Shown here in pieces: positions 54,928 to 64,000 of a stretch of 64,000 nucleotides of DNA. The position numbers and the translations under genes were made by a program. Under the pieces are notes generated by a model. The model saw only the letters and a program-made list of their open reading frames with translations, did not search any database and was not told the origin of the DNA. The stretch is taken from IMG/VR virus record IMGVR_UViG_3300024239_000011, positions 479,036-543,035 of that record; one strand, written 5' to 3'. The stretch's first letter is position 1. Every line of letters starts with the position of its first letter.

Positions 54928-55104
54928 ATGACCGAAATTAAAGATGCGACCAATGTCGTTTCCACCACCGTGATAGTTGATACCATTGAGCAGAAAATCG
55001 CATCATGGGTTGAAAAAGGTTGGGCTGTTCTCACCGATGAGTACAACCTAATGATCACCCAGGATGGGATCAGGGCAATGGAGGATGGGCATGCCTTCAC
55101 TTAA
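54928..55104 (+). CDS. Small hypothetical protein (58 aa)
   Basis: RBS GGAGG, MTEIKDAT. Confidence 0.5.
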   Translation: MTEIKDATNVVSTTVIVDTIEQKIASWVEKGWAVLTDEYNLMITQDGIRAMEDGHAFT

Positions 55105-55318
55105 GGACGCCCTGGCAGCGGTGGTGAGGGAAGGATCACTTACCACCGCTCTTCAAGCTCTTGAACTAGTTGAGGCGGTCGCCGCGAGCCTGCATGCGGT
55201 ACGCCATCCTGGGGGAACATGGGATGATGCTTCCATGGAACGTCGGGAAGAATTTCATCGGGATGCATCTATTGCCCTGACCGCGATCCACAAACAGGGC
55301 TACCACCTGACCAAATGA
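55091..55318 (+). CDS. Hypothetical protein
   Basis: RBS GGAGG, MPSLKDAL. Confidence 0.5.
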   Translation: MPSLKDALAAVVREGSLTTALQALELVEAVAASLHAVRHPGGTWDDASMERREEFHRDASIALTAIHKQGYHLTK

Positions 55319-55364
55319 CCGCCTTCAGCCCCTAAATACAAGAAAGTATCTAGGGGCTGATGAT

Positions 55365-55820
55365 ATGCGTATTAGCGAATTATTCGAAGACGACCAGCAG
55401 TCATGGTCGATGAAGATGGTTGCCAATCCAGACCGAATGCCACTTCGGTATTGGTATAACCCATCAACCGACGAAATTCGCGAGCTATCTCCGACAACTG
55501 AACACGCTGCCGATGTGTTGAACAATCCGGACCACTTTCAAGTATCTGGGTTGGGTACGCTTGACCCAACCGAACGTATTACCAGCGGACAACTGCGTAA
55601 GATCGTACAAGTTGCGTTAGATAATGGCTGGGTGCGCGTGATTCGGTTACGCCCGGATACGTCGGTCTATATGATCGAAGGAAACAATCCACGGCATGTT
55701 TTGAAGGCAGCACGGCGTTTTGATAAAGCAGTTCACCCAATCACCCGTTTGACCATTGAAGGGCATAATCTTCGCGATGATGACCTTGCCCTTTATTTGA
55801 AATACGGTCGTCTGAAATAA
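55365..55820 (+). CDS. Putative capsid-packaged protein (MRISELFED)
   Basis: Late box 55333-55338; paralog of 15942-16460. Confidence 0.65.
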   Translation: MRISELFEDDQQSWSMKMVANPDRMPLRYWYNPSTDEIRELSPTTEHAADVLNNPDHFQVSGLGTLDPTERITSGQLRKIVQVALDNGWVRVIRLRPDTSVYMIEGNNPRHVLKAARRFDKAVHPITRLTIEGHNLRDDDLALYLKYGRLK

Positions 55821-55875
55821 AATGACCCGATGACGTTCTTGTTTTATTCTCCTACCGCAACATAGGAGAATATGG

Positions 55876-56457
55876 ATGTTGACGAAGCTGCTTTCCAGAA
55901 TCGGTTATAAAAAACAAACGGTACCACTCGATACGGAACAAATAGAGAACGAAATGCAAATCCCAGAATGGGATGAATATTTTATGACAATGGTCTATTT
56001 GGTATCAATGCGTAGCAAAGACCAATCGACACATATCGGTGCTGTTATCGTTGGTCCGGATAGAGAAGTACGTAGCACAGGGTACAATTCTTTCCCCATT
56101 GGGCTTAATGATACTGTGCAAGAGCGTCAGCAACGTCCGGAAAAATATTTCTGGTTTGAGCATGCCGAACGGTCGGCAATTTTGTTAGCGGCACGAACCG
56201 GTATCTCGCTTGCTGGATGCACGATGTACACTCAAGGGATTCCATGCGCTGATTGTGCCCGCGCAGTGATCCAGGCAGGAATTAAAGAAGTGGTGTTGCA
56301 TAAGCAGTGGTCTTTCGAAGAAGGGCAGCAAAAGTGGGCAGAGTCCGGTCAGCGATCTGCTCAGATGTTTGAAGAATGTGGGATTAAAGTTCGCTATTAT
56401 GATGGTCCGCTTATGAAGGTGACCGGATTACGTGGCGGTAAAGTTTTAGACTTCTAA
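55876..56457 (+). CDS. dCMP deaminase family protein
   Basis: GAVIV..TGYN..HAE..PCADC. Confidence 0.9.
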   Translation: MLTKLLSRIGYKKQTVPLDTEQIENEMQIPEWDEYFMTMVYLVSMRSKDQSTHIGAVIVGPDREVRSTGYNSFPIGLNDTVQERQQRPEKYFWFEHAERSAILLAARTGISLAGCTMYTQGIPCADCARAVIQAGIKEVVLHKQWSFEEGQQKWAESGQRSAQMFEECGIKVRYYDGPLMKVTGLRGGKVLDF

Positions 56458-56516
56458 CCCATTGATGAAACATACCAAAAGAGGCCAAAAAGCTTCTGGC
56501 TTTGGAGTAACAAAAA

Positions 56517-56755
56517 TGCCGATGTATGACAAAATCTCTCATTTTCTAGGGATACTGACCTGTATTGCGGTGATCATCGTATCGGTAATCGCAATCCCAC
56601 ATGATAATTCCATGTATTTCACGCTTGATCTGACCGTATTGGCTTTGGTAGCTTACTACGTGAAAGAACTGATTACCAATTGGGGGAATGCTGATTATGG
56701 CAACTGTGATTCCATTCAAGCGAAAAGAACCGACAACCCAATATTTGGTGAGTAG
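56517..56755 (+). CDS. Small two-TM membrane protein
   Basis: Two hydrophobic helices; start uncertain. Confidence 0.45.
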
Positions 56756-56978
56756 TGACCAGAAACGCGGACCATATTGCGTAACCCATGATAATTTCGA
56801 CATCTATAGTCGTGAATTAGCTGTTGCCGTAGGTTCCCCGGATTTTGTAAATCTGGGGATTACCGCATCTGATAATGGATGGTATCATCTGATATTAATG
56901 ACCAAGGACGGCACGATAGAATTTGATGCAGTTGGTATTATCGTTGGGTCACGGGTAATTATAACCGATTGTCAATAA
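56688..56978 (+). CDS. Hypothetical protein
   Basis: MATVIPFKRK motif. Confidence 0.5.
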   Translation: MLIMATVIPFKRKEPTTQYLVSSDQKRGPYCVTHDNFDIYSRELAVAVGSPDFVNLGITASDNGWYHLILMTKDGTIEFDAVGIIVGSRVIITDCQ

Positions 56979-57000
56979 CACGTCTCCAAATGTTAAATAC

Positions 57001-57421
57001 ATGTATGGGACAGGTCATTGATTTACAAAAATACAAAAAAACCGAAAAACAACCGCCGCCGCCGGGTGGTATCCCATTTCACGTGGTTTTACGGGAAAAC
57101 CAGCCTTTTGCGGTGGTGGTAGTATCGTTTGCAATCATTTTTGCACTTGATTTGGCAAACATCATTCACAACAATCATAATGGTGATATCGAATTCTCCA
57201 TGATGAACTCCACTGATTTTACTCGTTTGCGGGTTTACCAGTGGAGTTCAAAGAATCATCGCGTGCATGGGTACGAATACAATATGTATCCTGTAAATGC
57301 TTTTAATTTAATCCCGGATTTCGGATATATAAATTGCCGATTTGTGGCATTTGGCGGCACATATCTTGGAAAAGTTGATACCTGTAGTCGAGAAGAGTTC
57401 ATCTTACGTTACAGAAGTTGA
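57001..57421 (+). CDS. Hypothetical protein
   Basis: MGQVIDLQKYKK start. Confidence 0.5.
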
Positions 57422-57452
57422 CACTGAATACGAAACCACGTAAAGTTATTTT

Positions 57453-57917
57453 ATGCGTATTCAAGTTCATAGCCGTGATACGGTTCAACACATCGATCCC
57501 GCATTACCGTATGCGGTGATTTCCGTCACCGATCCACTGCGTGGTTGGGCGAATGTTGCACGCAACTCCCACTGTCAGGGGGTTCTCCAATTGCATTTCC
57601 ATGATGCGGATCGTAATAACGTGTATGCACCAGCCCACCTGAGTGCTGATGAAGCTGCTCAGCCAACTGAATTCATCTACATGGATGAAACGGTGGCGCG
57701 ACAGATGATTGATTTTGTTCTTGGTCTTAAAGACAAAATTGATCTTCTCGTGTGTCAATGTGATGCCGGAATTGCAAGAAGTGCCGGGATTGCAGGCGCG
57801 TTTGGTAAGATTTTATTGGGAGATGACATGTTCATCTTCACTAACTCGCGGTACAAACCCAACATGCTGGTGTACCGTACTATCCTTGAGACGTATTACA
57901 CGGAATACTACGAATAA
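57453..57917 (+). CDS. Protein-tyrosine/dual-specificity phosphatase-like protein
   Basis: CX5R loop CDAGIARSAG; LHFHD. Confidence 0.75.
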   Translation: MRIQVHSRDTVQHIDPALPYAVISVTDPLRGWANVARNSHCQGVLQLHFHDADRNNVYAPAHLSADEAAQPTEFIYMDETVARQMIDFVLGLKDKIDLLVCQCDAGIARSAGIAGAFGKILLGDDMFIFTNSRYKPNMLVYRTILETYYTEYYE

Positions 57918-58010
57918 ATCCATGGTATCCTGAATTTTTCTTCTTGGGTGTTGACATATACAACCCTGGGCGATATTATCCTCTCAATTAAACGCCGACG
58001 AGAGGTTATC

Positions 58011-58865
58011 ATGGACATTTTCGCTGCTGCCGGTGCTGCCCCCAAAGCCAAGGTTGATGCCAAGGGCAAGAAAGATGAGCGCACCTCCTACCAGATGGGT
58101 CCGAACCTTGACGTGATCGTGGCTCTGGACTATCTGGAAAAGATGATCAAGGCGGAAAAGGAAAGCCGTCTGACCGAAGCCAAGGACGAAGCCACCGAAC
58201 ATTTCGTGGAACAGGCGATCAACAACGGTTCCTGCGAATCCTTCATCGGTAAGACCGACACCACCAAGGCAATGTTCGTGATTGGAAAGCGTGCCAGCAC
58301 GAGCGCCCCGAGCGTCGAGCAACTGTCCCTGTTCATGGAATTCGGCGTTCCCACCACGACGGTGACCAAGAAGCCCGCCGTGCAGGAACACTTCATCCTG
58401 AATCCCGCCATCCTGGGCAATGCTCGCCTGATGAAGAAGCTGAGCGACGCCATCGTGAAGGCTGGTCTGGGCACCATTCCGGATGAAGATGGCAATCAGG
58501 TGTCGATCCTTCAGAAGGTGGAAGCTGAAGATGAAATCAGCTACGTCGCCACCTCGGAAGAAACCCTGCCCTACATCTACAAGGTGGCGGAACAAGGCGT
58601 CGCCGCCGTCAACGAAGAAGTCCGCGATGATGTCGCCGCCAAGCATGCCGAGAAGGGCAAGCTGCCGGAAGAGATCATCAGCGCCCTGCTGGCGGCTGCC
58701 GCCACCATCACCGTCAAGGCGTGCGAACTGACCAAGGGCGATGCCACCATCGAAGACGTGTACGCCATTCTGAAGGCGAACAAGGTGAACCTGACCGTCG
58801 CCAACGACGACAAGAAGGGTTCGGTCGCCAAGGCTACCGCTCCGAAGAAGACTGCCAAGAAGTAA
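58011..58865 (+). CDS. Hypothetical early protein, Lys-rich tail, strongly biased codon use
   Basis: Promoter TTGACA-17-TATTAT 57951-57979; RBS GAGG; own terminator. Confidence 0.75.
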   Translation: MDIFAAAGAAPKAKVDAKGKKDERTSYQMGPNLDVIVALDYLEKMIKAEKESRLTEAKDEATEHFVEQAINNGSCESFIGKTDTTKAMFVIGKRASTSAPSVEQLSLFMEFGVPTTTVTKKPAVQEHFILNPAILGNARLMKKLSDAIVKAGLGTIPDEDGNQVSILQKVEAEDEISYVATSEETLPYIYKVAEQGVAAVNEEVRDDVAAKHAEKGKLPEEIISALLAAAATITVKACELTKGDATIEDVYAILKANKVNLTVANDDKKGSVAKATAPKKTAKK

Positions 58866-58872
58866 GCACGTC

Positions 58873-58901
58873 AAGGGCGGTAGGATGATCCTACCGCCCT
58901 T
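58873..58901 (+). terminator. Hairpin terminator
   Basis: AAGGGCGGTAGGA/TCCTACCGCCCTT perfect 13-bp stem. Confidence 0.75.
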
Positions 58902-58920
58902 AGTATGTCTGGGGAATATC

Positions 58921-59244
58921 ATGCAAACTGGTGCCCGCATCGTTACCCGCCCAAGCGGCGACAATCTTGATAGCGCCCCTGATCTCGTCATCGGGGTGTG
59001 CTTCAAAAATCAAACCGCGCTCAAAGCGGGTCATGTCTATGAGATTCGCGAGTTCGACGGTGTGCTTACGCTGGCGGACCTTGGTCCTAGCTGGATCGGC
59101 GTGACTGCGAAAGATTCCATCGTTCAGTCGCCGTGTTGGAGTTTTGACATTGGTGACGTGATCGCGTTCGCAGGCAAGTCTATTATCCTCACCAAGGAAG
59201 AATTCTTGAACCGCGCCGCAAAGGGGGCTGACGATGCTGGTTAA
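58921..59244 (+). CDS. Hypothetical protein
   Basis: MQTGARIV start. Confidence 0.55.
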   Translation: MQTGARIVTRPSGDNLDSAPDLVIGVCFKNQTALKAGHVYEIREFDGVLTLADLGPSWIGVTAKDSIVQSPCWSFDIGDVIAFAGKSIILTKEEFLNRAAKGADDAG

Positions 59245-59473
59245 CATCGACGCTCGCATTGCCGAACTCGAAAAGACCATTCTGCGCCTCAACGATAATC
59301 TTGAGGTTCGGGTAAAAGCATACCGAGATGAAACCATCCGGGGCGCGGAACAGACCGGACAAGTCCGGGTCAATGATCTGGTCAACGTCGATACCACCAT
59401 TCTCATGATTCGCAACGCCGATGCCGAATTGCGCGGTCTGCGCCTACTTCGTCTTCAATCCATCAGGCGGTAA
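59234..59473 (+). CDS. Hypothetical protein
   Basis: Coiled-coil-like. Confidence 0.55.
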   Translation: MLVNIDARIAELEKTILRLNDNLEVRVKAYRDETIRGAEQTGQVRVNDLVNVDTTILMIRNADAELRGLRLLRLQSIRR

Positions 59474-59477
59474 TGTA

Positions 59478-59996
59478 ATGATGAAGGTTCTTCCCTATAT
59501 CGGTTTGTTCGGTACCTGTGGTACCAGTACGTGGCGTGATCCATTCATCGCGCGTTACCAGCAAAATGGTATCAATTATTTCAACCCAAAGGTTGAAAGT
59601 TGGACGCCCGAGTGTGCAGACATCGAAAAGCGGCACCTCAAGAGCGATCAGATCATTCTTTTCCCCGTGACGGGTGAAACCTATGGCACCGGCTCGCTGG
59701 GCGAAACCGGTTTCTCGGCGTTGTCGGTGGTTCTGTCCATCATGGAGCGTCCCAACCGCTACGTGGTCATCATGATCGAAAAGGACATGGACCCGAAGCT
59801 GAAGGACGAAAATCCGGTCGCCTGGAAGGAATCGGTTCGTGCGAGAAAGCTAGTCCTGGCGCATCTGTCAGAACTGAAGCATCCGAACGTGTTCGTGGTG
59901 GACAGCTTCGACCAGATGATGGAACTGAGCCTGGAACTCTATAGCGTCGTCAACAAGGTCGAAGACATCTACACCAAGTGGCGGAAGACCGCATAG
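59478..59996 (+). CDS. Nucleoside 2-deoxyribosyltransferase-like protein
   Basis: IGLFGTCG.STWR...YFNP....W...E..HL...IILF..T.ETY..GSLGE. Confidence 0.6.
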   Translation: MMKVLPYIGLFGTCGTSTWRDPFIARYQQNGINYFNPKVESWTPECADIEKRHLKSDQIILFPVTGETYGTGSLGETGFSALSVVLSIMERPNRYVVIMIEKDMDPKLKDENPVAWKESVRARKLVLAHLSELKHPNVFVVDSFDQMMELSLELYSVVNKVEDIYTKWRKTA

Positions 59997-60005
59997 GAGA
60001 GCGCC

Positions 60006-61013
60006 ATGCTGATTCGACTGAACGATAATGAAGAAATCGCCCGCCGTTATGCCTTCGATCCTGATACGGTTGACAAGTGGTCCACACGAACACCGTTTAA
60101 TCGTTATGACAGCCGTTTCGAACAGCAGAGGGTGAAACCGAAATTCAGCTATCCGTTGATCCGGCGCCCCAATTGCGATGGCGTTGAAGCCATTCACGAC
60201 GGTCTGCTGTGGATGTACAGCGATGCGTATTCGCAGCACCGCCCCGTTGTGTTTGCACCGCATGATGCGTGGCATATCGTCCTGACCGAACTGGCATCGG
60301 TGATTAAAACGAATGCGGATGCCTGCCGCTCGCTGTTTACCCGTTCGGATACCAAGATCGAAATCTTGATTCCAGGGTTCGAGCAGCTTGATTTGGTTGC
60401 CGTGATGGGCGAACTGCGTGATCTCGTTCCCGTGGACACCGGCATTTTCTTGCCCGAGTTCAGCACGCACACCGAGGGGTCGCGTATGGCTGCCCTGGCG
60501 GCGTTTTGCGATGCCGTCCAGAACTTCTATTCATACGGCACGTTCATGTGCGGTCTGCCCGCCGTCAAAGTCACTGGCACCGACACCGATTGGGCGATGA
60601 TCGAAAACCATGCGGGTCTTCTCGGTAAGATGTTCGGGGACATCGGGCTTGGGAAAGTTCAGGATTGGCTTTCCGCCGTACAGGCGCGGGTTCGAATGAT
60701 CCGCAACACCCTGGCGGGCGGTGATCAGACCGACTGGATCAATTTCTTCAGCCAGAAGAACATCGGTTCGGGTGGAGAGAAGAAGATCAACGGGTGGATC
60801 ACCGAGTTTTGGTTCCAGCAACCCGACAATCCCAAGCTGGAAAACTTCAACTATACGTGGGCAATCGTCCCGTATAAGAATGTCGAAACGCAGCGGGAGT
60901 TTCGCGGGGTGTATGGACCGTTCTTAGCTCGCCGCGATGCCGATGGTTTCGTCTACTCGGACTACGCCGAGGTCATTTTCGAGAAAGTGGCAAAAACCAC
61001 GACCGAACAATAA
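60006..61013 (+). CDS. DUF4419-like protein
   Basis: AYSQHRPVVFAPHDAW...FSTHT...YGTFMCGLPAVKVTGT..DW...NGWI..F. Confidence 0.7.
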   Translation: MLIRLNDNEEIARRYAFDPDTVDKWSTRTPFNRYDSRFEQQRVKPKFSYPLIRRPNCDGVEAIHDGLLWMYSDAYSQHRPVVFAPHDAWHIVLTELASVIKTNADACRSLFTRSDTKIEILIPGFEQLDLVAVMGELRDLVPVDTGIFLPEFSTHTEGSRMAALAAFCDAVQNFYSYGTFMCGLPAVKVTGTDTDWAMIENHAGLLGKMFGDIGLGKVQDWLSAVQARVRMIRNTLAGGDQTDWINFFSQKNIGSGGEKKINGWITEFWFQQPDNPKLENFNYTWAIVPYKNVETQREFRGVYGPFLARRDADGFVYSDYAEVIFEKVAKTTTEQ

Positions 61014-61026
61014 AAGTATGTTTCCA

Positions 61027-61063
61027 AAAAAAGTAAGGGCGGAAAGCGCCGCTCTTACTTTTT
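61027..61063 (+). terminator. Rho-independent terminator
   Basis: AGTAAGGGCGG/CCGCTCTTACT followed by TTTT. Confidence 0.75.
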
Positions 61064-61085
61064 CGGGACCACCATTCTTAAGATA

Positions 61086-61280
61086 ATGAAAAGATTTTCT
61101 GGGGTTTTGTTTGGAACCATCGTCAATACGGAAGATGTTCAGCTTCAAGATCATGGTACGATTACGTTGAATGAAAATGTCGAAAGTATTTGGGAGCAGT
61201 TCCACACGTTGTTTACTGAATTTAATTTCGCGGCACCTCTTTACAACTCTAGCGTCCCCCCCTATACTAGCAACATCTGA
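61086..61280 (+). CDS. Small hypothetical protein
   Basis: 64 aa ORF. Confidence 0.35.
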   Translation: MKRFSGVLFGTIVNTEDVQLQDHGTITLNENVESIWEQFHTLFTEFNFAAPLYNSSVPPYTSNI

Positions 61281-61294
61281 GAGGGAGCTTCACC

Positions 61295-61531
61295 ATGAGC
61301 CGCGTGGGTGACAAGTTGATCGAAGCCAACGACGAAGGTTATCAAGCCCGTCTGGACGGCAAGGTGCGCGAATTCCCGGTTGTGGAAGCCTCCGACGCCG
61401 ATCTGCGCGAATGGGAAGCCAGTCTGCGCAACGAACGTTTCGCCGGGTGGGACGAAGCCAACCGCATGATCCGTGAAGGTCTGTTGATTAAGAAGAACGG
61501 CAAGTACGTTCCGGCGAAGAAGGTGGCGTGA
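61295..61531 (+). CDS. Hypothetical early protein
   Basis: Promoter TTTACA-17-TATACT 61240-61268; RBS GAGGGAG. Confidence 0.65.
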   Translation: MSRVGDKLIEANDEGYQARLDGKVREFPVVEASDADLREWEASLRNERFAGWDEANRMIREGLLIKKNGKYVPAKKVA

Positions 61532-62385
61532 TCATGCGTATGCCCGACATGGAACATCTGTTCGCCGGTATCACGGCGGCTCTGAAGAACGAACCGCGCG
61601 ACGACGCCCAAAGCCAGGATTGGCTTCTGGGCTACGACAAGAGCGGCGAACTGGTCAACGCAGATTTGATCGCGCTCGATGCCGATGATGATCTTCGTAT
61701 TGCTCCCTCGATTTCGGAAGTGATGTACGTTCTTGGCTGCTGGAAGCGCCAGACCGAACCCTATCCGATGCCGGTGGTCCGCCCGGTCAAACCCGCCAAG
61801 AAGATGGAGAATTTTTCGTCCTGGGGCGTCTACGGCAATCATGCTGAATTTTTCGTCCCGATGGACTGGAACCTGATGCGTGAGCGAAATCCTATGCCCA
61901 TCACGTGGTATGGTGGTCCGGTCAGCCCGTGGCGTGGTATGGAATACCTGGGCATCGACATCACTGATCTGCGCACAATGGCGCAGAATGAGTGCCCGTG
62001 TGCCGAAATGACCTACACGGCGTTCGTGCCGGTCGCCGTCCTGACCGACGACTCTAAGGGCAAATACCTGAACAACAAATATCGCCATCTGATCGAAGAT
62101 GGTAGTAGTCTTCCCATGACAACCGACATGATCGCGGACGGCGACTGGAATCGTACCATGAATGGGTGGTTCGAACGGGTCTACGACAAGGAAGGTGATG
62201 AACACCTCGGTAAGCCGGTGCCCGTCCGCGATCATATCGGCACCATCGAACGCGCGGTGCTTGGTAGCGGCTACAATAGTTGCATCCTTCCAACCGATGG
62301 GTGCAACGGGCTGGAATACGTGATGATCCCGCTGGACAACGGCGATCACATCATTTGCGTCGCCTGGGAATGGTCGAACAAGTAA
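61528..62385 (+). CDS. Hypothetical protein
   Basis: 285 aa, GC3-rich. Confidence 0.7.
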   Translation: MIMRMPDMEHLFAGITAALKNEPRDDAQSQDWLLGYDKSGELVNADLIALDADDDLRIAPSISEVMYVLGCWKRQTEPYPMPVVRPVKPAKKMENFSSWGVYGNHAEFFVPMDWNLMRERNPMPITWYGGPVSPWRGMEYLGIDITDLRTMAQNECPCAEMTYTAFVPVAVLTDDSKGKYLNNKYRHLIEDGSSLPMTTDMIADGDWNRTMNGWFERVYDKEGDEHLGKPVPVRDHIGTIERAVLGSGYNSCILPTDGCNGLEYVMIPLDNGDHIICVAWEWSNK

Positions 62386-62421
62386 GGGTTCTGACAATGG
62401 ACACCTATGAGACTATTCAAT

Positions 62422-63726
62422 TCAACAGCTTAGCAAGACATTGACAAAGATAACGTCCCCGGAGGAAAATTCCTGATTGGAATGATCGTCGGACGACACT
62501 GTTGTATGAGAAATAGAAACACGGTAATCCTCGTACAATTGTTCGAGTGTTTTCCCACATTGTGTCATTTTGGACTGATTTTTAGATGCGGGTAGCATTT
62601 GAAGATTAGTCCAGTGCGCAATGATTTCTGGTGGTACCCCGTTTCGAAATCCTTCCGCCTTTGAGAAAATGTGATCCAAGTGGTTTTCGCGATTGCGCGG
62701 AAGCCTATCTGGATTGATTTTATAGTAATGATCACGAAAAGATTTGTTGGTTAATGACGTAACCAAGTCACAGTATCGGCGCCAAGGGTCTTTAAGGGAT
62801 GGATCGGTCCACTCCCCATTATTGATTCTCGCCGTGGCAATTTTCGCCAACACTATTGGAGAACGGCTAGGATTATCAACTCCATATTTTTCTAGGTAAG
62901 CTTCAATTTTCTTATGATGTATACGGTCGTATTCGTCAGGCGTTTTCGATCTCCATGTTGCGGCATTTTTATCTTTAACCGGTTGTGCGCTCATGGGATG
63001 GGATGTGCCATAGTTCGCTTGCCATGTCGCTTTGGCTTTTTCATAAAATTCTGGCACTTGGAGTGGATTTGCAGTGCCGTATTTTTCAAGCATGGTGCGA
63101 CGAGCTTTCGACATGTCTTGTGGGTTGCCATTAGGGTTTCCGCCTTTACCATACCCACAGTATGGACATCCGTGACCTCGCATATGATGTCCTGCTTGTT
63201 GTTCAAACATACCATGCTTTTGACATATAATTTTTACCTTGTTATGGTTGCCAGTATAGTCCACTAATGAATATTCGTACTCATCACCATGTACTTCTTT
63301 AGCTTTTTCTATGAAACTTTCATTGGTATGCGCAATGTTCTTTCCGTAACATTTTTGGCAGCCAGAACCATTAAGATGATTTCCGGCAAGTTGTTCAAAC
63401 ACGCCATGGTGCCGACAGGTGATTTTTACTTTCTTATGGCGACTGGTATAGACGGTATTTTGATAATCGTATTCATCGCCATGTACAACTTGTGCTTTCT
63501 GAATAAATTGTTCGGTGGTCATTCCTATTTTTTGTTCTTGCGCACATTTATTACAACCATTACCACGCAGATGTGAATATGGAACCTGCTCGAACATTCC
63601 ATGTTGAGGGCATATAATCTGTATTTTGGTTGTACTGTTTTTATAGACGGTTTCTGTATAAGAATACGTATTACCGTGGCGCGCTTTCGCGAGCGCGATG
63701 AATTCTTCTGTGGATTTTATAGCCAT
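62422..63726 (-). CDS. Free-standing putative homing endonuclease: Zn repeats, KYG-x-NP repeats, HNH-like C-terminus
   Basis: Three FI.KA..VHG..YDY...IICxxHG.FEQ....H..G.GC repeats; KYGTANP/KYGVDNP; NHLDHIFS...WTNLQML...N..K. Confidence 0.8.
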   Translation of the reverse strand: MAIKSTEEFIALAKARHGNTYSYTETVYKNSTTKIQIICPQHGMFEQVPYSHLRGNGCNKCAQEQKIGMTTEQFIQKAQVVHGDEYDYQNTVYTSRHKKVKITCRHHGVFEQLAGNHLNGSGCQKCYGKNIAHTNESFIEKAKEVHGDEYEYSLVDYTGNHNKVKIICQKHGMFEQQAGHHMRGHGCPYCGYGKGGNPNGNPQDMSKARRTMLEKYGTANPLQVPEFYEKAKATWQANYGTSHPMSAQPVKDKNAATWRSKTPDEYDRIHHKKIEAYLEKYGVDNPSRSPIVLAKIATARINNGEWTDPSLKDPWRRYCDLVTSLTNKSFRDHYYKINPDRLPRNRENHLDHIFSKAEGFRNGVPPEIIAHWTNLQMLPASKNQSKMTQCGKTLEQLYEDYRVSISHTTVSSDDHSNQEFSSGDVIFVNVLLSC

Positions 63727-63735
63727 TTATTTCCT

Positions 63736-63822
63736 GCAATAAATAGAGACGTGGGACAGCCCAGGTTCCTGTGCCGGGTTTTTCGGTGTTGGACGCACCG
63801 AAATTACCACCTCTATTTATCC
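63736..63822 (-). ncRNA. Endonuclease-leader three-way-junction RNA, copy C
   Basis: P1 GUGG/CCAC, UAAU, P2 UUCGGUG/CACCGAA, AAA, P3 CCCGG/CUGGG, CUGUC; flanked by the ATAAATAGAG/CTCTATTTAT inverted repeat. Confidence 0.75.
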
Positions 63823-63883
63823 AAATGTGGCATTGACATTGAGTGTTTTTATTGCTACGTTGTAGCAAATCATAGGAGACGCC

Positions 63884-64000
63884 ATGTCCATATTCGATTT
63901 TGATGAATATCGCTATCTCTACCCCCCTCGACCAGAGAATGCGTGTTCCCCCGAACAAATCGAATCTTTCAATGCCCGTGGTTTCTGCGGGCAAATAAAA
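63884..64000 (+). CDS. Partial CDS, possibly ATP-dependent ligase-like
   Basis: MSIFDFDEYRYLYPPRPE...GFCGQIK runs off the window; RBS AGGAG; promoter TTGACA-17-TACGTT 63833-63861. Confidence 0.5.
   Translation, partial: MSIFDFDEYRYLYPPRPENACSPEQIESFNARGFCGQIK

Noticed and set aside
1-64000. CRISPR array, stop-codon recoding or suppressor tRNA
   Set aside because: No spaced repeats seen, and conserved genes read through intact under the standard code.

Overview
Gene-dense segment of a large tailed dsDNA bacteriophage (jumbo/T4-related myovirus-like), standard genetic code, no rRNA and no CRISPR array. The phage call rests on tail-fibre/baseplate paralogs (7.7-15.9 kb), a GroES co-chaperonin, a stand-alone DnaE-like fragment, four free-standing endonucleases, many T4-late-type TAAATA promoters mixed with sigma70 promoters, and nucleotide-pool enzymes. 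Most notable: (1) a ~60-nt three-way-junction RNA with covarying stems, bracketed by inverted late-promoter boxes, precedes three otherwise unrelated endonuclease genes (3.8, 37.3, 63.7 kb); (2) tRNA-Lys(UUU) and tRNA-Asn(GUU) each carry a homologous compact group I intron at anticodon position 35/36, with a guide sequence that covaries with the anticodon; (3) an isoleucine-decoding set: Ile2-like tRNA(CAU), TilS, a full IleRS and a degenerate tRNA-Ile(GAU); (4) eight late-promoter genes share a T4 Alt/IP-like N-terminal motif, suggesting capsid-packaged effectors; (5) a five-gene glycosyl/methyltransferase operon and a U32 Fe-S protein flank the tail-fibre block. All protein family calls are by motif recognition, not database search.
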